A stretch of DNA of 11,059 bases from Armatimonadota bacterium (GTDB lineage Bacteria > Armatimonadota > Armatimonadia > Armatimonadales > Armatimonadaceae). Numbering within the stretch: position 1 is the stretch's first letter; each line of letters starts with the position of its first letter. The notes below the pieces were generated by a model, which was not told the origin of the DNA, did no database searches, and was given only the letters and a program-made list of their open reading frames with translations. Positions 7,372-11,059 of this stretch are shown piece by piece. Both the position numbers and the translations under genes were made by a program. The stretch covers positions 1 to 11,059 of the forward strand of contig JAYUUO010000176.1 of assembly GCA_043754515.1 (NCBI GenBank), given 5' to 3'.

Positions 7372-7462
7372 GTGCCATAATCAAGTGAAAGCCTATCTTC
7401 ATTATGTGTAAGACCTTGTGGGCAGTATTATCTATTCATGGGGTTGATCACGCTGATAATAG

Positions 7463-7644
7463 TAGGAGTTACGCGGTTGGCGGTTTCGTATGCCCGGATC
7501 TGTCCGTCCCACCCGCAAACGGGTACCCGACGTCCGGCTACGAAGTAGCCTGGACAGGCAATCGTCAAAACAAGTTTTGACTATACTTGTTTTGCCGATG
7601 ACGTGAGTTTCAACCCGCGTTCTTAATGAACCGCGTAGCTCCTA
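7463..7644. ncRNA. Candidate structured non-coding element, copy 2
   Basis: Terminal inverted repeat TAGGAGTTACGCGGTT(7463-7478)/AACCGCGTAGCTCCTA(7629-7644), 15/16 complementary. It encloses hairpins ACCCG-CAAA-CGGGT, GGCTAC-GAA-GTAGCC, ATCGTCAAAACAAGT/ACTTGTTTTGCCGAT and ACGTGAGT/ACCCGCGT. Homologous to 171-378. Confidence 0.6.
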
Positions 7645-7845
7645 AATAGTATAAACGGAGCCTCTGCAGAATCCACACATTCAACTCCGAGCCTCGTCGC
7701 CACACCCGAATACTCTTCATCCCTCGCAAGGACACAAAGTTGCTCTTGTTCGTGCCTCCGTCGGGCGTGTCGGTGGGGCGCGGTTTCGGGTATCATAGAG
7801 GCGACGCAGGTGTTCCTAAAGCTCCCGCGTTTAGGACAACTATCC

Positions 7846-8067
7846 ATGATTAAACTGAAGTATTCTACCCGTCTGCCCGCCGTCGTAGCGGTAGCACTTC
7901 TGCTCGCGCTGGTCGCAGCCGGTTGCGGCGGCGGTAGCAGCGATCCGACGCCGGTGGTCAATCCGTCACCCTCGCTCCCGGCACTACTGACACCTGCCCC
8001 TTCACCGTCCAGCACGGCGTCCGATGGGATACCGAGCGGCATCCCGCAACCACCGGTTCTCCGGTAG
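7846..8067 (+). CDS. Small Pro/Ser-rich lipoprotein, 73 aa
   Basis: MIKLKYSTRLPAVVAVALLLALVAAG|CGGGSSDPTP...; lipobox AAG-C; SD-like AGGA upstream of ATG 7846. Confidence 0.7.
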   Translation: MIKLKYSTRLPAVVAVALLLALVAAGCGGGSSDPTPVVNPSPSLPALLTPAPSPSSTASDGIPSGIPQPPVLR

Positions 8068-8157
8068 TCGGGTTACCACTGGCGACGCCCTACCGCCCCC
8101 ACCAGAAACTGACCAGAGACCGAAGCAAACACCCTCCTGCGCGGCCTTCACAACCCC

Positions 8158-8883
8158 ATGCGAATCGCAAGCCTGAACATCCACGCGGGGCGATGCGGGA
8201 CGGGACGCAAGCGTCCCTCGCTCGGCGCGATAGTGGAGTTGCTGCGTGACGCACGGCCAGACGTCTGCCTCCTGCAGGAAGTAGATCGGCGAATGCCGCG
8301 CTCGGGGTTCGCAGACCAGGCGGCGCGGCTGGCGCGGGCGATGCGGCGGGGCGGCGAGACCGAATGGCACTTCGCCTTTCACGCGTGCCTCGGTTTCGGG
8401 CCGCTGGGGCAATACGGGAACGCGATCCTGTCGCGCGAACCGCTCGCGCGAGTCAGACGGCTACCGCTTTCGGCGACCGGCGGCGAGGCGCGTGGCGCGG
8501 TCGGCGTCCTGATCAGCGGCGAATCCGCCAGCGGCAGAACCCCATATGCGCTCTGGACGGCACATCTCGGACTGCGCGAGGAGTGGCGGGAGACGCAACT
8601 CGCCACGCTCGCGGTCGCGGTGAACGCGGATCGGGACGCCGGGCTAGCCACCGTAGTCGGGGGCGACTTCAACGCCGAAGGTGACTCGCCAGAGGTATCG
8701 CGCTTTCTAGAAAGGACGGGGCTACGTGTCGTTTCGCCTGATGTCCCGACCTTCCCAGCGTCCGCGCCCGCGCACCGAATTGACTTCCTGTTTGCCGCGC
8801 CGGGTCTGCAAGTCGCGGACGCGGGCGTGGTCGCGAACACCGGCGCGACGGACCACTGCCTGTTATGGGTAGATTTGGTGTAG
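8158..8883 (+). CDS. Endonuclease/exonuclease/phosphatase (EEP) family metal-dependent hydrolase
   Basis: Motifs IASLNIH, DVCLLQEVD, YGNAILSR, AHL, GDFN, TFP, RIDFLF, TDH. Confidence 0.9.
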   Translation: MRIASLNIHAGRCGTGRKRPSLGAIVELLRDARPDVCLLQEVDRRMPRSGFADQAARLARAMRRGGETEWHFAFHACLGFGPLGQYGNAILSREPLARVRRLPLSATGGEARGAVGVLISGESASGRTPYALWTAHLGLREEWRETQLATLAVAVNADRDAGLATVVGGDFNAEGDSPEVSRFLERTGLRVVSPDVPTFPASAPAHRIDFLFAAPGLQVADAGVVANTGATDHCLLWVDLV

Positions 8884-8977
8884 CGGCGTGCCCCGTTGCG
8901 ACAACCGCGAGGCTACCCGGTGCTGGACGAGGCCGCGTTGCCCTTCCTATCGCCCGCGCCAGAACTCCCCGCCGCGA

Positions 8978-8983
8978 TATAAT
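8978..8983 (+). promoter_or_regulatory. -10 box positioned for a leaderless metF transcript
   Basis: Perfect TATAAT followed 6 nt later by in-frame GTG (8990). No SD present. Confidence 0.6.
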
Positions 8984-8989
8984 AACCCC

Positions 8990-9925
8990 GTGATAACCGA
9001 TACCGTACCCGCACCGAAGAACCTCGCCCCCGCTGTCGCTCTGCCACCTCTGCGCGTGGACGAACTGCTCGCGGAAAGCCGCTTCCCGACCCGCTCGTTC
9101 GAGTTCTCACCGCCCAAAGACGACGCGGGGTTTGACGCGCTGTACCGGGCGATTGACCGTTTGCGCGCCCTCCAGCCGGGTTACGTTTCCGTCACCTACG
9201 GCGCGGGCGGCTCGACGCGGGAGAAGACGGTGGATCTCGCCGGGCGCATTCAGAACGAGATCGGCCTCCGCTCGGTCGCGCACCTGACGTGCGTCGGCCA
9301 CACGAAGGACGAAATCGCGGCGATCCTGGACGGCCTGTGGGAGGCGGGGGTACGCAACATCCTGGCACTGCGCGGCGACCCACCACGGGGCCAGTCTAGC
9401 TTCGAGGCGACCGAAGGCGGATTCGCGTACGCGGCGGATCTCACGGCGTTTATAGCGGAGCGCAACCCCGGCTTTTGCATCCACACAGCGGGCTATCCCG
9501 AAGGGCACACGCAGTGCCTGAACCGCACCCGCGACCTCGAGTACCTGAAGGCGAAGCAGGACGCGGGCGCGTCGGTGATCGTGACGCAGTTTTTCTTCGA
9601 CAACGAGCAGTTCTACCGGTTCCGCGACGACGCGCTGGCCATCGGCATCACCGCCCCTATCGTCGCCGGAATCATGCCAGTCGTCAGCGTCGCGGGCATC
9701 AAGCGCATGGTCGCGCTGTCCGGCGCCCGCATCCCCAACCCGCTCCTGCTCGCCTTAGAAACGGTCGAGGCGGATAACAACGCCGTGGCGCGGGTCGGGA
9801 CTGGACACGCGCTCGAACAGTGCCGCGACTTGCTGGCGAACGGCGTGGCGGGGATCCACTTCTACACACTGAACCGTAGCCGCGCCACGGTGGACATCTG
9901 CACCGCGCTAAACGCGGACGCTTAA
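8990..9925 (+). CDS. metF: 5,10-methylenetetrahydrofolate reductase
   Basis: Motifs SFEFSPPK, SVTYGAGGSTR, AHLTCVG, NILALRGDPP, AGYPEGH, KQDAGA, TQFFFD, GIMP, GIHFYTLNRS. Start at 8990 inferred from the -10 box; the track start at 8888 adds a non-MetF-like extension. Confidence 0.95.
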   Translation: MITDTVPAPKNLAPAVALPPLRVDELLAESRFPTRSFEFSPPKDDAGFDALYRAIDRLRALQPGYVSVTYGAGGSTREKTVDLAGRIQNEIGLRSVAHLTCVGHTKDEIAAILDGLWEAGVRNILALRGDPPRGQSSFEATEGGFAYAADLTAFIAERNPGFCIHTAGYPEGHTQCLNRTRDLEYLKAKQDAGASVIVTQFFFDNEQFYRFRDDALAIGITAPIVAGIMPVVSVAGIKRMVALSGARIPNPLLLALETVEADNNAVARVGTGHALEQCRDLLANGVAGIHFYTLNRSRATVDICTALNADA

Positions 9926-10033
9926 AATAGCACGGATGCGTGAAGCACCGGCGCATTCCGGCGGTGTCCTGGTAGCCGCGCGCAAGGCAAGGGTATTCGT
10001 TCCGGCACCCGGCGTGGCGACCAGGCCCCGACT

Positions 10034-10918
10034 ATGAACCGCAACCACCTCGCCCTCTTCCACGCCGTCGCCGAAGCGGGCAGCATTAGCCGCGCGGCGG
10101 AACGGCTCTGCATCAGCCAGCCCGCCGTCTCCAAACAAATCGCCGAGTTCGAGCGAGCGTTTGGGATGCCGCTCTTTGACCGGTTGCCGCGCGGCGTCCG
10201 TCTGACCGAGGCGGGGACGCTCTTAGAATCGTTCGCGCGCCGACTGCTGGCGACCGAAACGGAAGCGGAGGCCGCCATGCGCGAACTGGCGGGACTGGAC
10301 CGGGGGCGGCTGGCACTCGGCGCGAGCACCAGTATCGGCTCCTACTTGCTTCCGCCCGTACTCGCCGTGTTCCACCGGGCGCATCCGGCTATCGAGATCG
10401 CGCTTCGGATCGCGAACACGGAGCAGATTCAAGTGTTGCTGGAAGAGGGCGGCCTGGACATCGGGTTTACGGAGGGCTTTATTCACTCGGGGAACCTGGA
10501 CGCGACGGTGTTCCGGGACGACGAACTGGTCGTGATCGCGCCGCCCGATTCGCCGCTGGCCCGCCTCGGAGCGTTAAGCGCGGAGCGGATCGCCCGCGAG
10601 CCGCTCGTGGCGCGGGAGGCGGGTTCCGGGACACGGGAGGTGGTGGAACGCGCGTTCGCGGAGCGCGGCCTGACGCCCACGACCACGGTCTCGCTCGGTA
10701 GCACGGAGGCGATCAAACGCGCGGTAATAGGCGGGATGGGGATCGGCATCGTCTCGCGGCTCGCCGTCGCGGACGAATGCGCGGGCGGGCGGCTGGTCGT
10801 GCTATCCGTCCCCAACCTCGTGATCCGCCGCCCGCTTCACAGGTTGCTACTTAAGGGGCGACACATCGGGCGGGCTAGCCGGGCGTTCCTGCGGGTGCTG
10901 GATCGGGCTGCGGCGTAG
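10034..10918 (+). CDS. LysR-family transcriptional regulator (CysL/YeiE-like)
   Basis: N-terminal HTH FHAVAEAGSISRAAERLCISQPAVSKQIAEFE...LFDRLPRGVRLTEAG. Effector domain has GASTSIG, REAGSGTR and STEAIK, typical of the CysL-like subgroup. Confidence 0.93.
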   Translation: MNRNHLALFHAVAEAGSISRAAERLCISQPAVSKQIAEFERAFGMPLFDRLPRGVRLTEAGTLLESFARRLLATETEAEAAMRELAGLDRGRLALGASTSIGSYLLPPVLAVFHRAHPAIEIALRIANTEQIQVLLEEGGLDIGFTEGFIHSGNLDATVFRDDELVVIAPPDSPLARLGALSAERIAREPLVAREAGSGTREVVERAFAERGLTPTTTVSLGSTEAIKRAVIGGMGIGIVSRLAVADECAGGRLVVLSVPNLVIRRPLHRLLLKGRHIGRASRAFLRVLDRAAA

Positions 10919-10929
10919 CGTTTACGGAG

Positions 10930-11009
10930 CCGGAGGAGGGGTGCCTCGCTCGTCGGATTCTGGCCCGCCTGGCCTCGGCACCGGAGGAGGGGGGCCCTCG
11001 CTCGTCGGA
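10930..11009. repeat. Two-copy 28-29 bp direct repeat
   Basis: CCGGAGGAGGGGTGCCTCGCTCGTCGGA(10930-10957) and CCGGAGGAGGGGGGCCCTCGCTCGTCGGA(10981-11009). Confidence 0.85.
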
Positions 11010-11011
11010 CT

Positions 11012-11057
11012 CCCACCCCCCTAACCCCCCTCCCTCAATCCTTGAGAGAGGGGGGGA
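11012..11057. repeat. REP-like C-rich/G-rich palindrome
   Basis: CCCACCCCCCTAA followed by CCCCCCTCCCTCAA-TCC-TTGAGAGAGGGGGG (13/14-bp stem). Resembles the widespread CCCCTCCC...GGGAGGGG extragenic palindrome class. Confidence 0.6.
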
Positions 11058-11059
11058 CA

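Noticed and set aside
7571..7601. GCCGATGA (also 205-212 minus, and GCCGATTC at 239-246) as a sigma28/FliA -10 box
   Set aside because: No TAAA at the required 15-nt spacing in any of the instances.
8888..8989. N-terminal extension of MetF from the track start at 8888
   Set aside because: Not MetF-like, and it spans a perfect -10 box that points to GTG 8990.
10930..11009. Direct repeats as a CRISPR array
   Set aside because: Only two non-identical units, a 23-nt spacer, no AT-rich leader and no cas genes in the window.

Overview
GC-rich bacterial window. Gene content (DUF1559/H-X9-DG prepilin-like protein, PEP-CTERM protein) is typical of Armatimonadota/PVC/Acidobacteriota-like genomes; this is inference only. 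Gene order: 3' end of atpD with no atpC behind it, then a large secreted BNR/Asp-box beta-propeller protein, a PEP-CTERM protein, a divergent AraC + PhyH-family dioxygenase pair, an unannotated 54-aa lipoprotein behind a prepilin-type H-X9-DG gene (minus strand), a Pro/Ser-rich small lipoprotein, an EEP-family hydrolase, a probably leaderless metF, a LysR regulator and REP-like repeats. The most notable unexplained signal is a pair of homologous, highly structured ~180-210 nt non-coding elements at ~171-378 (+) and 7463-7644 (same sense on -). They share an exact 16-mer, several further collinear blocks and hairpins retained despite sequence change. They face each other across the ~7 kb accessory block, each upstream of a surface-protein gene. 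I do not recognise them as a known RNA family.
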